A stretch of 62,973 nucleotides of DNA, counting the filler, from Reclinomonas americana ATCC 50394 (Eukaryota), in NCBI GenBank assembly GCA_048213135.1. It is 3 parts of 3 records of this genome, joined end to end, with 100 filler letters (N's around TTAATTAATTAA, not from the genome) between each part and the next. Parts side by side here need not be neighbours in the genome. Positions count along the whole stretch, not along the records: positions 44,953 to 62,973 come from PS015470.1; 2 more parts are not named here. One strand, written 5' to 3'. Under the pieces are notes generated by a model. That model made no database searches. It was not told where the DNA came from and saw only the letters and a list, made by a program, of their open reading frames with translations. Both the position numbers and the translations under genes were made by a program. Position 1 is the stretch's first letter. Every line of letters starts with the position of its first letter. Below are positions 50,401 to 62,973 of this stretch, piece after piece.

Positions 50401-53400
50401 CGACGGCCAACAGAGCTGGTCTCACACACTGGTAGCACTGCATCCAGGACATAATGTCGCCGAGAGCACGCCTGTCCAACGCGCCAACCACCTGATGCAG
50501 CGACTCCTCGAGCGACGATTCCACCGACTCCACCGTGGGCATTACCTGGGGGTGCCNNNNNNNNNNNNNNNNNNNNNNNNNNNNNNNNNNNNNNNNNNNN
50601 NNNNNNNNNNNNNNNNNNNNNNNNNNNNNNNNNNNNNNNNNNNNNNNNNNNNNNNNNNNNACAGGGAGTTCGTTTGTCTTGCCGGTCAATCTGTACCGAA
50701 TCTGTGTGCAGCATGGGGAGTCAGAGAAAAAACACACAGAACAACTTTTCCTTGTTTGCAGCAATTGCACGCACATGCTGCTGCGGTGACCAGGTGGCAG
50801 CGACAGCCGGCGCCACCTGTGCACCAACTTGACGACAGCACCACCAGCGACCGGAGCGCGAAAAAGCATCCTGCATGAACAGCAGGGTGCGCTGCGTCAG
50901 CGAGAGGGAGCCGGCCGCGTGGTTCCAGTTGAGCACGTCTAGCGGCGTCGTAGGGTCATCGAGAGCCTCCAAGTCGACACCGCTGGCCATATCCAACAGT
51001 GTGTTGAATTGAGCCGTGAGCGCCACGTGCCCGGGCGGCAGCGTCGTGTCGACATCGGGAGTGTTGCCAGACCCCGCGGCAGACGCAGACGAGGACGCCG
51101 ACAAGTCGCGATCAAGAGCCACGGCCGCATCGCGCGTCACCTCTTCAAATGCCGTCAGAGCCCGCAGTCGAGCAGCAAGGCGCGCAGGCGCCAACGTGTC
51201 CACTGCGCTTGCAGAGCCAGCAGCTCCTGGCGGTGACTGCAATTGCCTGCTCCCGATGTGACCTTGCGAGTGATGCGCATGTGGACTGAACATACTGCTG
51301 GAGCCACTCAGGCGGCGGTTGTCCGGGCCGCCAAAGCCTCCCGGCTGCCCGGTACCCAATCCCGCCGTGCGCAAGACGTCCAAGATGAAGGCGAGCGCCA
51401 GCTCCCCAGAAGAGCACTGCCGTCCAGCAGCGCCACCTGCCGACGACGACGACGACGACACGCCCCCAGGACCCATGTCGTCCCCATCGCCAACACCACC
51501 TCCACCGCTGCCACTGCCTCCCACGCCCGACATCACCCGCAACTCGTTTGTGGGCAACGACGATGTGATGACAGCTCGCTGAACGATTTCTGCCAGCGGT
51601 GGCACCACAGTCGTGGGAGTGGCGGCGGCACTCGCAGCAGCAGCAGCAGCAGCAGCGGCGGCGGCGGCACTGGCCGACGGTTGTGGTGTGTTGTACTTGG
51701 TGTCGTGCAGTGCTTGCACGAGAGAGTGAGCCACGGCAGGATACTCGGTGCTCATGTACCCGGCCAGGCGCGTGGTCTGCGCAGGGAAAGGAATGAGTGA
51801 GCACGCAGCACAAAGTGTGGGAGAGATAATCGATATCACCTACCTGCAGCAATTGAGACGTGTACGTGATGGCGGTGTTGCTCCGACTGCTACTCGGTTG
51901 CATGTCCCACTCGCTGCCGGCGCGCCCTGCCAGACCACTTCCGCCCATGCTGATGCCACCGCCGCCACCACCGACTCCGCGGCCGCCCGCACCGACGCCG
52001 CCACCACCCACCGCAGGTGACATTAATCCCTGCGGAGAGAACAGGCCGCCATCCGAGACACCGCCGACGCCACCCACTGCAATCACCGACAAGCCTTGGC
52101 CCTCATTCAGAGCCGGTAGTGGGTCTAGTGACCGCACGAGATCACGCATGCGCTCCACCATGTTCCAACCGATCTGCACCCGACCATAACCATGAGAAAT
52201 CTGCACCAGCGAACCAGGATCAAAGAGCACAGACACTGACCTCGTCTTCAAGGCACAGCGGCTGCTGGTTGGTGCCCTGTCATGCACAATGCACAGACGG
52301 TTTTGTCAAGTTAGAGAAGCACGCTTGGTGACAGAGGCAAACATCTCATCAAATAAACTCACCAGTCCAGTCTGCGTCTGCAGGCTCTGGAATTTGGTCA
52401 GCCAGGTTGCGCGCAGGAGTGGCAGCTGGTACGCCGGGCGAGTGGCCCAGTTGACAAGGTCGGCGCCGTTAAGTGGCGCTCCCGAGTCGTTGTTTCGAGG
52501 TACTCTCCGGCCACCAGCTTGCACCCTGTTCCGCGGCGACTGTTATCACCAGCACAAAAATCATCGCGCGCAAGAGCTGTCCGCACGCAACGGTCGGAAC
52601 GAGCGCAGCAGCGTCGACAGGGGGTCGGAAGAGCTGAAGCGCTTGAAAATTTCTGCTTCTTCGGTCACTGCCGGACCGAATCGAGGCGCCATTCCCTGCA
52701 TGATATTTCCACCGCCGCCTCCGCCACCACCGGCGAATGGTGGAGGCGCAGCTGCGGTGGGCATCGTACTGGTGGCACCGACCGATTGGCCCATTTGCTG
52801 CTGCTGCTGTTGCTGCTGCTGAACCTGTTGCTGCTGTTGCGCCAACGATTTCAGTTGCTTGGTAGCCGAGCCGCGCACGGACGCCAGTGTGACTGAAGTG
52901 GTGCGGTTGCACAAGAAAGTTCCAGTTTCGATGCCGTCCAAGTCGGTGACGGCCTTGGGAACGGGCACTGGTAGCCATCGCATGCCGTTGGCACTGTGGA
53001 AAACGCAAGCGGAGTGAGTCGGAGGTTCTTCTCAGCATCNNNNNNNNNNNNNNNNNNNNGCATGTGCGCATGTTTGCGTGTGTGTGCACACAGTACCTGA
53101 GCGAGGCGGCGGTCCCAGATGATGCGCATGATGATGCGTATGGTGATGATACGCCGCGCGACCAGCAGACGCACTGGTCACAGCGCCAGCACCTGTCTGC
53201 GCCGGTGGCGGTGGCGGTGGTGGTGGTGGCGGTGGCGGCAGTGGAGGTGGTGGCGGTCCCAGCCCAGGCGCAATGGAGGTATTCATGTACGCAGCCGCCG
53301 CAGCCGCAGCAGCAGCCGCAGCAGCAGCAGCGGCTGCGGCGTGTTGTTGTTGCTGTTGTTGCTGTTGTTGTTGTTGCAACTGCGTGTGCGGTGGTGGCAC

Positions 53401-53475
53401 AGTGGCGAACAGTGCCGGTGGGCCGGCATGTGGAGGGAGAGAGGAGTGCGGAGGCGGCGGCGGTGGATCGCTCAT
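47475..53475 (-). CDS. MED12: Mediator kinase-module subunit 12-like, multi-exon
   Basis: N-terminal PLSTLLRS...LPLLRATWLTK resembles the Med12 domain (PLxxL...PxxRAxWxxK), followed by a long helical solenoid with Gln/Pro-rich termini. The size fits. Confidence 0.68.
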
Positions 53476-53579
53476 CCTTTGTCGTCCCCCAACAACAACA
53501 ACGTGAATGAGTGGAGTGGCCCAACGAATTGGATGACGAATCACTCTCTTTGTGTTGATCTTCTCCACGTAGCAGTGAT

Positions 53580-54138
53580 ATGCTGACCGCGTTGTACAAG
53601 CAGCACCAGGTGGATCAGCAGAAGCGGCGGCAGGGCCTTGGTATGTGTGGAATGAGAGAGAGAGAGTCACAGACAGTGTGTTGAGTGCTCACACGCGCAC
53701 TGTGTCTCCTCACAGAGCAACGGCGGCATGCGGCGCTGCTGGCGGTGGCCTCGGCCTCGGACGACGTGCTTGATCGTGTGACACGAGGCGCGAATGAGGT
53801 CAGTAGCCTCCACTCTCCCTTATGCACACACTCTCACTCTCTTTTTCTGGTTGCGCAGGTGTTTCAGAATCAGCGCGCACTGGAGGCCGAGTCACAAGCA
53901 CTGCAGCAAGAGGCCGTGCGCTTCTCACGACAGACCGTGCAGTGGCTCACGCTGTTGGACCAGTTCAACGCGTCACTAAAGGTGCGTCGAGTGACAAGCG
54001 CGCGCACACTCACAGAGAGATGCTGACTGGGTGAGAGTGCAGGATCTGGGCGACGTGGAGCACTGGGCGCAGTCACTGGAGAACGACATGAAGCTGGTGA
54101 CAACGAGTCTCGAGTTCATCACCCGTCCGTCGACATGA
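53580..54138 (+). CDS. BLOC1S1: BLOC-1 subunit 1 (GCN5L1), four exons
   Basis: MLTALYKQHQ..VFQNQRALEAE..WLTLLDQFNASLKDLGDVEHWAQSLENDM..LEF. Head-to-head with MED12, about 100 bp apart. Confidence 0.92.
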
Positions 54139-54184
54139 CTCCTCTCTTCTCTTTTGTGTGTGCTCGTGTGAGCAAGTGAATCAT

Positions 54185-55745
54185 ATGCAAGCGTTTCGTC
54201 GCATCTGTGTGCCTCCACGCGCACAACAACAACAACAGCAGCAGCAGCCGAGTGTCGTATGTGTCCACGATGTGCACGACTTGCACACTCTCCACGTGGA
54301 CATTGTCGACAGCAGCGATGCAGCAGAGCAGGAGGAGGAAGAGGTGCTGGTGCATGAGTGCGCACTACAGGCGCAGCTAAAGGCAGTGGTGCGGCAAGTG
54401 CAGCGTCGTCGGCGAGCGCACGCACCAGCAGAGTTTGTGATTGTCGTGGGAGTGCCGGCCAGTGTGCAGGCGCTGTCGGTGACGTGCGCGCGTGCGCAGG
54501 TGCCGACGTTGCACTTTACGTTTGGCTGTGCGTTGAGGCGTCTCATGGTGCAATGGTGAGCGCACCACGTGCGTGCATTCGTGATATCGACACGTGACTG
54601 AAGAGTAGTTGTTCCGACGAGCAGTGATCATCATCAGCGCGAGGGGGACGATCAGGAGAAGGACGAGTGCGTGTCGGTGGAACTGGTGGTGGTGACAGAG
54701 ATACCGCGCGGGGCGATGGCGTCGCCGGATCTTGCCGATGTGTGGCTGTCGTGGCCGCCGACCATGCAGTTCTGCAATCGGTTTCTTGCCACGCCTCTCC
54801 CCATCCCCGGTCTCACTCTCGCGACGCTCGCGCAGGGAGTTGGTGATGCGTGCTTCGCTGGATCGATTCCATGCGGCGACGCTGCCGGAGTGCACCGAGA
54901 GTGTGATCATCGAGGGCCAACCGCTTCGCAGATTCGACAGCAAGCAGTGTGACGGCTCCGCCATGCAGCTGCACTCGCTGGTGCTGCGTGGGCTGGTTGC
55001 CGGCTCAGTGGACCTGACACCCTTTGCGACGCACTTGCGGAGTGTAACCCTCGAGGGCCCGTGCGAGGCGGGCGGCGGTGACTCGCCACCACTCTGTCAC
55101 TTTCGCATGTCGTCGCTGCCGGCGTGCTTGACGAAGCTGCGACTGGCGCACATCGATGTGCTGCCGCTGGGACTGCGTTTCGATGGCGCACCGAGCCACC
55201 TGCAGTCGCTGCAGGTGCACCATTGTCGTCTGCCACCGGGCGGCGTCGACTTTGACGATCTGCCAATGGCGCTGCAGGCCTTGTCGCTGGTTTGGTTGCT
55301 TCTGTCGCTCTCCGTTTCCGGCGCCCCCCTCCTGACCTCTCCGATGCAGACGGAGTGCGGACTGACGGTGCTGGAGACGGGCCGGCTTCCGCGCCGTCTC
55401 CTGCGGCTGGATGTGAGGAGCAATGCCCTCAGCCACCTCGTTGTCGCCGCCTTGCCACCGCTGCTGGAGGAGCTCGACGTATCCGACAACGAGCTGGGCG
55501 ATTTCGACACGATCCACCTGCCGTCGTCGCTGTGCGAGTTGCACTTGGCACGCAACGAGATGCGCCAGCTGGACACCTCGGCGCTGCCGCGCACGCTGCG
55601 CGTGCTGAACGTGGCCGAGAATCAATTGCGCCGCATGGACTTTTCCACCTTGCCCGACGCGCTGCAACAATTGGTGCTCACCGGCAACCAGCTGGAGCGT
55701 GTAGATGCCTCGAAACTGAGACCAACAGTGCAGTGCATACCGTGA
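54185..55745 (+). CDS. Leucine-rich repeat protein
   Basis: About eight ~21-aa repeats of type LPxxLxxLxLxxNxL (LPRRLLRLDVRSNAL, LPPLLEELDVSDNEL, LPRTLRVLNVAENQL). Confidence 0.85.
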
Positions 55746-56016
55746 CTTCGAGCTAATACAAAGGCAGAGATGACGGAGGTGTCGTCCTGCATGCAAATCC
55801 GATTTCATCTCTCTGACACGAAGAGAAGGTTTGTTGCTTCCCCTCTTACTCTTTCTGTGTGATCCTGTGCTCGGATGCATGCATGCATGCAGCACAAGAC
55901 GCGACCAGATGCAGAGAGAAACGCAAAGTGTGAATTCAACGCGGCACGATCCAATGTGTTTCTCGTTGCACTTGGACCTCACCTCGTCGTCCCCAGACAT
56001 ACTTGTCCGCTCACTG

Positions 56017-56135
<119 letters not shown>

Positions 56136-56460
56136 GNNNNNNNNNNNNNNNNNNNNNNNNNNNNNNNNNNNNNNNNNNNNNNNNNNNNNNNNNNNNNNNN
56201 NNNNNNNNNNNNNNNNNNNNNNNNNNNNNNNNNNNNNNNNNNNNNNNNNNNNNNNNNNNNNNNNNNNNNNNNNNNNNNNNNNNNNNNNNNNNNNNNNNNN
56301 NNNNNNNNNNNNNNNNNNNNNNNNNNNNNNNNNNNNNNNNNNNNNNNNNNNNNNNNNNNNNNNNNNNNNNNNNNNNNNNNNNNNNNNNNNNNNNNNNNNN
56401 NNNNNNNNNNNNNNNNNNNNNNNNNNNNNNNNNNNNNNNNNNNNNNNNGTGTGTGTGTGT

Positions 56461-57907
56461 GCAGCAGATGGGGCGACTGGCCAGTCAGAAGCAGCGTTCG
56501 CGTGCGCGCTTCGACTCACTTGTGGATCGGTCGTTGCACAGAAAGTTTGACATGCACCCCCCTTTGTGATTGTCTCTCTGCCACAGTCTCTCTCACTCTC
56601 CTGTTGCCTGCGTAGTGCGTTGCTCTCCAGCGAGAGCGCGGTTCAGGCGTTTGAGAGCACGTCGTCGGTGAGTTGCTTGATGTCATTGCATGGTGATCCG
56701 CCGCGATCACCTCACTCCTCCTCTTCTGCCACACACAGATCATTCAGTGGACCTTCATGGAGAACCAGCTCGGCCGCAAGATGCACATGTTTCTCTGTAA
56801 TGCGACAGAAACGGATCGCGTGGCCTTGCTTGCCGGATTGGCGGTGTTGTTCGCCCAGAGCGCGTCGCACCGTCGGATCTTTGTGCTGGTGCCGCCACTG
56901 CCGGAGCCGCGAAGCAGCAGCGTGAGTCCGTGGATGGAGATGCTGTTGGCTCTCGTGCCGCCGGCCTCGTTGGAGTGGTGGTGGTCCACGCCACATCATG
57001 CACCGGTGGCGGCGTACGGCAGTGCCGCCGAGGCCGATTGCGAGCATGATGACAGTGGTGATGGTGCATCGGCGTCAGCGGTGGCAGCAGCAGCGGCGAC
57101 GGCAGCAGCGGCAGGGTGTGTACTTGAGCGAAGAGAGAGAGAGAAACTGGCTCGATTACTCATCCGTGACGCATGTGTGCGTGTGCGTGCGCAGAGCGTC
57201 ACCGTCAAGAGTCAATCGAGCGCGCTCTGCATCGTCGTCCTCGTCATCGTCGTCATCGTCGTCCTCGTCCTCGTCTGCAGCCTCCTCACCCATGGAAGCT
57301 GACGAGGCTGACGAGGGCGATGGAGAAGGAGGTGGAAGTGGAGGTGGATCGTGGCTGGCGTTGAGGCGGTGGCAGGTGGACCCCACGGCACTTTTGCGAC
57401 GCACGTTTGGTTTCGGTGGTTCGAGCAGGCTCACCGTTATCCACGTGGGACAGGGAAGCGGAGGTGGCGGCAGTGGCTCGGCATCACCACGCACAGAGAT
57501 CCTCCGACGGGCCTCCACGCTCGGCATCACGATCGAGGATCGCAGCTTGTACCACGACGACGAGGCGCGCACCGGACCGGCTGCCGAGGCTGCAGCGTTG
57601 CGACAACATCAGGCTCGCGAGGAGCTGGCCAGACGGTTGCGCGACTGCGCCAGAGACGTTGCCCTACCGCCACCACCCGTTGACGATGATGAGGACGACG
57701 ACGATGAAGAGGAGGAGCGTGAGCATGGTGCTGGTGCTCGACGCCATGAGGAGGCACAAGTGGTTCAGCCAGGTGGCGCGCCACCACAATGGGTGGACGA
57801 GGCCAGCTTCGAGAAGAGCGTGGGCGTGCTGGCATTGCAGAATCGTACCACTGTCTACCTGTTTGACTCGATAGAGGCCATGAAGGCCGTTGCGTCGCGA
57901 TGCTGTG

Positions 57908-57943
<36 letters not shown>

Positions 57944-58317
57944 NNNNNNNNNNNNNNNNNNNNNNNNNNNNNNNNNNNNNNNNNNNNNNNNNNNNNNNNN
58001 NNNNNNNNNNNNNNNNNNNNNNNNNNNNNNNNNNNNNNNNNNNNNNNNNNNNNNNNNNNNNNNNNNNNNNNNNNNNNNNNNNNNNNNNNNNNNNNNNNNN
58101 NNNNNNNNNNNNNNNNNNNNNNNNNNNNNNNNNNNNNNNNNNNNNNNNNNNNNNNNNNNNNNNNNNNNNNNNNNNNNNNNNNNNNNNNNNNNNNNNNNNN
58201 NNNNNNNNNNNNNNNNNNNNNNNNNNNNNNNNNNNNNNNNNNNNNNNNNNNNNNNNNNNNNNNNNNNNNNNNNNNNNNNNNNNNCCGACTGAAGGACCGT
58301 TCGCGTCGCGATGCTGT

Positions 58318-58360
<43 letters not shown>

Positions 58361-58579
58361 ACAGCGCCGACACACTCATCTCTCGCGTATGTGCAGTGTT
58401 CTCAATTCCATCACTGCCTCGTGTTGGTGGATCGCATGCTGGATGCACCGGCGCTGCAGCAGCATTCCGACATGGTGGAGCGCACCGACGTCATGCTAGT
58501 AATGCCCGGCACCAAGCCAGCACTCAAGAGAATCTCCCGTGCGTTCCCGCTGACCGCTTTTTACGAGACAACCTGTTAG
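56461..58579 (+). CDS. Hypothetical protein resembling a degenerate DEAD-box/SF2 RecA domain with low-complexity inserts
   Basis: AFESTSSIIQ..GRKMHMFLCNATETDRVA..RIFVLVP..CLVLVDRM; TAG at 58577-58579. Start uncertain. Confidence 0.4.
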
Positions 58580-58684
58580 CTGGTTCAATGTATCCAGAGG
58601 TGAAGAACACCGCGAGAGGGGGAGCAACTAAGAGGACAGAAGTATTCGCACTGCACGAAGCAGCAGCAGCTGTAGAAACAGCGT

Positions 58685-59465
<781 letters not shown>

Positions 59466-59698
59466 TTGCCGCTTCAACTCGCGTCGCGCTGCCCATCGAC
59501 TGATGCCCTCTCCATCTTGACCACCAGCACCGCCACTGGCTGCTTGCACTGTGAAGAGTAAGAGTCAGAGACAGACATGTCCACGCGCACGCACACAGGC
59601 GCGCGCTCGTGCACGCTCTCTGTCTACACATACACACACACTCGCGTGCGCTGAGCAGGGCGCGTACCTGGCACACTCATTCGCGCGTTGATTGATTG

Positions 59699-62600
59699 AT
59701 GGACAGAATGCAATCGCGAGCGCTCCGTCACCCCACTGCCGTGTGTGTGTTTGTGTGAAGAGACGCTCTCAGTGATCAATGAGCGCACGAGGGCCAGCAG
59801 CAGCGACAGGTCAACAACCAACCAATGGTGAATGAGACGCGCGCCTCTGTGTGTCTCAATGCGCGTGCTCACGCACTCTCTCCCTTGCTTCTTCAGTATC
59901 ACACCGACGTGGTGTGGCGCGTCACTTGACTCCACTCGACACTGGCAGCACAGACGCCGGCAGCGCAGTATCACCTCCAGGTGGTGCAGGAGTTGTGCTT
60001 GGCAGTGGAGGAGGTGGTCGGGTGCGCAATACGGCCGCCACCGCCACCTCAACGACTTCCTCGTCATCCGCAGCCACAGCAGCGGCAACAGGAGGAGCAG
60101 CAGCAGTGAGTGACAAGCACACACACACACTCACTCACTCTCTCTCTCTCTCTCTCTCTCATTGTCATCATCATCTCCCTATTCAACACACAGCGACCGG
60201 ATCCGTTCCGATTGGCGTGCGCCGCACTGGCAGAGGCGTACCTGACGCTGGTGCGCTTCCGTGTACACTTTCGGCTCATTCCACGTGTGGAGCGAGTGTT
60301 GGAGATGGCCGATTGGGTGCTGCCGAAACGTTGCGTCGGTTCAGCTCACAGCGTCTTTCGCAACAGAGTGCTCATTCCCCCTGCGCGACAGCCATTCACC
60401 CTTCGCGATTGAAGGACGTCACTGATCGCTTGCAGGAAGCCGTGGTGTATCTGGGCTTCTTCGTGGCCAACCCAGTCGATGAGCCGCATGATTGCTCACT
60501 GCTCAACACGCTCACGCACGGTTTGTCGGACACGGAGTCCAAGTGTGCGCGCCTGTTGGCTGCTGCCGAGGAGAGCTTGCGGCGACTCCTGGTACTCGCC
60601 AAGGATCGTCGCATTCTCAGCACTCTCCCGCTGTCTGCTGCCGATCGCTCGCGAACATTTGGTCTCGAGGAAGAGTTGGCGGCGGTGGTCGCCAAGGCGC
60701 AATCGTTGAGTGTCGCGCGTGAGTGTTGTTTCATCGTGTGTGTGTCCTCACACGGTTGGGCAGGCTGGAGGCACCTGGAGTGCTTCTGTTCTGTGTCACC
60801 GGCCGCCCTGGTGCCGGCAAGTCACGCATGGCACACATGGCGTGCTCCGAGGTTGCTCAGTTGTGGACCCGCGAGACTCAACCAACTGCTGACGAGGGCA
60901 CTGCACCGCCTCCGTGTCGCACCGCGTGGCTCAGTGCTGGCGCCTTCAAAGGCCGACCACACACGGTGAGGGGTGTCTGCGCGGCAAGGCACATCGCCGG
61001 CGTATGCTGAACGCCATTTTTTCACCACCCAGGTGGAGAAGTGCATGATGTCGGTGCTGCAGCAGTTCAGCTCGCAGGGTGCACCCGTGGATCTGCAAGC
61101 GCTCTCCATGGTCAGCCACGAATCGTTGATGGACATTCACCGCGCGTACCAGCAAGTGCTGCTCTCCTCCGACACCATTATCCTGGTGGACGACGTGGAG
61201 GAGATGCGACGCAATGTGTGGAAGCTGTTGCCGCCGGTGGAGCGCATGACGACGAGGCTACGGTGTCTCATTGTGGTGCGTGTGTGTGTGTGTACGTTAC
61301 GTACCTTGTCTTTCGTCGCTCACCTCGCGCGCACAGCTGGTGTGGCAAATCGGCGATGGCGTGTCCGGCGATCCACTGCACTTGCCACAAGCCTACTTGC
61401 CCGACGGCGTTCCTCTGCGATCACCATCCATGGCAGCACTCAGTGCGGCCACTGCAGGCGCGTCGTCTTCGGGTGAGGGCGTGCTGGCGTCCACCTGGAA
61501 GGCCACGCGCATCACGCACAGTTTGGATGGGCTGGATGTGGCGGTCGTAAGCAGTCGACGTCAAGCTCCCGTTGGTGGTGGTGGTGGTGGTGGCGGCGGT
61601 GGCAGTGGCGGTGGTGTTGGCGTTGTGGGCAGCAGTGGTACTGTGGGTGGCGTCGGTAGTGGTATGCCGCCATTATCACCGTCTGCTGGTTCGCGTCGTG
61701 GAGAAGCCAGCTTTTTGTTGTCACCACGAGGTGCGTCGTCCGCGCAGTTGGGCGGTGGCGTGGGTGCCATAGTCCACCGTCTGCACGTGCACTTGTGTGG
61801 CTTGTCACGCGATTCCGTGGGTCGGTTGGTGGACTTTGCGACCATAAGTCGGAGACCACGAGTGGATTTGTCGTTGGTGGCAGCGGTGCGTGTCTTACAC
61901 GAACTCGTCGTCTGTGATTTCCGTGTGTTACTTCCAACTCAAGACATACTGTGTCAACATTAACAGTCGTGTGCCTCGTCACCGACGCTGAATCGAATGC
62001 GCGAGCGCAGTAATACGCGCTTGTCAGAGCCGTCGCGGAGAGCGGTGATCTCGGCGTTGACAATGCCGCTGAGTGTGAGACTGGTGGCCAGATGTCGGAG
62101 TGCTGATCTTATCATGGAGGTATTGTGCCGCCCGTTCTGCTTCCGCCAGCAGTGTGTGGCGCTCACTCGCGCCTCTCGTGTAGGAACTTCGTGTCCACGA
62201 GAGTACTGCCGATGGCGATGGTCCGCTGGCCCAGGACACAGAGTCGTTTGTGGTCGACGAGTGTTTGAAGCTGTTGGACTCAGACGTGCTGCAAGTGCTT
62301 CTGCTGGCCACTGTGTTTGTGCCCACGGGCGCCACGTTTACTGTGGAGCAGCTGTCCAGCATAATCGACGTCCCACGACATCTGTGCCGGTCGGTTACCC
62401 TCCCTCCCTCCCTCCCGCACTGTCTGTTTTTGCTTGTGTTTCACCTTGCCTTCTCACGCTATTCCCGCACAGTGTGATTATTGCGGAACTTGTATTCCGG
62501 TGTTTTGTGGACTTTCTGCCGACATGCGATGCGCTGGTGATCCCGCCAACTGTGGCGAGAGCCATTGTTGGCTTCCGTAGCGGGCGTGTCGTGCGCAATC

Positions 62601-62973
62601 CGCTGTATCGAGGCAAGCGCGTGTCGTTGGAGTTGCCAGCGTCGCCTTCGTCACCGCGACCCATGTCACCGCGGAGTCGGGTATGTTGGCGATTTCTTCT
62701 GCCAGCGTGGTTTATTGTTTTCCTGGCTGCGACTAAATGGGTTTTTCTCGTCGAACAGCACGACTCTGTTGGATCGGATCAGCTGCTACCATGTGGACCG
62801 CTGTTGTGCTTGGCCCTGGAGGAGTACACGGAGCTGAAGGAGACTGGAGAACGCACGTCGCGACCGCGGCTGGTCAGGGAGATTCTCACCGAGTGTTTCG
62901 CCGCTGCCGAGCAAGGCGATTGGCTAAAGTATGCATTGTTTGTCAGCTCCACCACTTGCCTGTTTTGTTGTCT
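59699..62973 (+). CDS. STAND-class (NB-ARC-like) NTPase with N-terminal helical domain; runs off the window
   Basis: TFGLEEEL, Walker A CVTGRPGAGKS, Walker B IILVDDV, sensor-like RCLIV and MPLSVRLVA (GLPL-like), then winged-helix-like exons. Confidence 0.65.

Noticed and set aside
57878..58330. Direct repeat flanking the gap (TGAAGG..GCGTCGCGATGCTGTGCT plus CT tract)
   Set aside because: The same locus read twice around a microsatellite; the gap is probably spurious.

Overview
Gene-dense, GC-rich, intron-rich nuclear DNA of a probably flagellated unicellular eukaryote (CFAP36 is present). It comes from a gapped draft assembly. TTAATTAATTAA spacers at 18300-18311 and 44897-44908 join three unrelated scaffolds, and a (TACG)n run, noisy overlaps and misordered contigs point to pyrosequencing. 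Recognisable genes: CTNNBL1, kynureninase, a RasGAP-domain protein, a PDH E3-binding-protein-like gene, a histidine phosphatase, a RING-H2 protein, two STAND/NB-ARC-like NTPases, CFAP36, a tandemly duplicated ARM-like gene, CD36/LIMP-2, TOP3B, mitochondrial aspartate aminotransferase, MED12, BLOC1S1, an LRR protein, a degenerate DEAD-box-like protein and a ZCCHC10-like protein. The most striking signal is splicing. Introns are short (mostly ~60-90 nt) and GT-AG, but the most frequent single donor is GTTGCGT, which is GTGCGT/GTGAGT with an extra T at +3, so the usual G+5 sits at +6. I counted about 28 GTTGCG donors by hand, and they mostly lack the exonic -1 G that the other donors carry. The second highlight is an in-frame spliced fusion of a multi-pass, possibly VUT/YhhQ-like membrane domain to kynureninase. 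All gene models were spliced by eye and no database searches were run.
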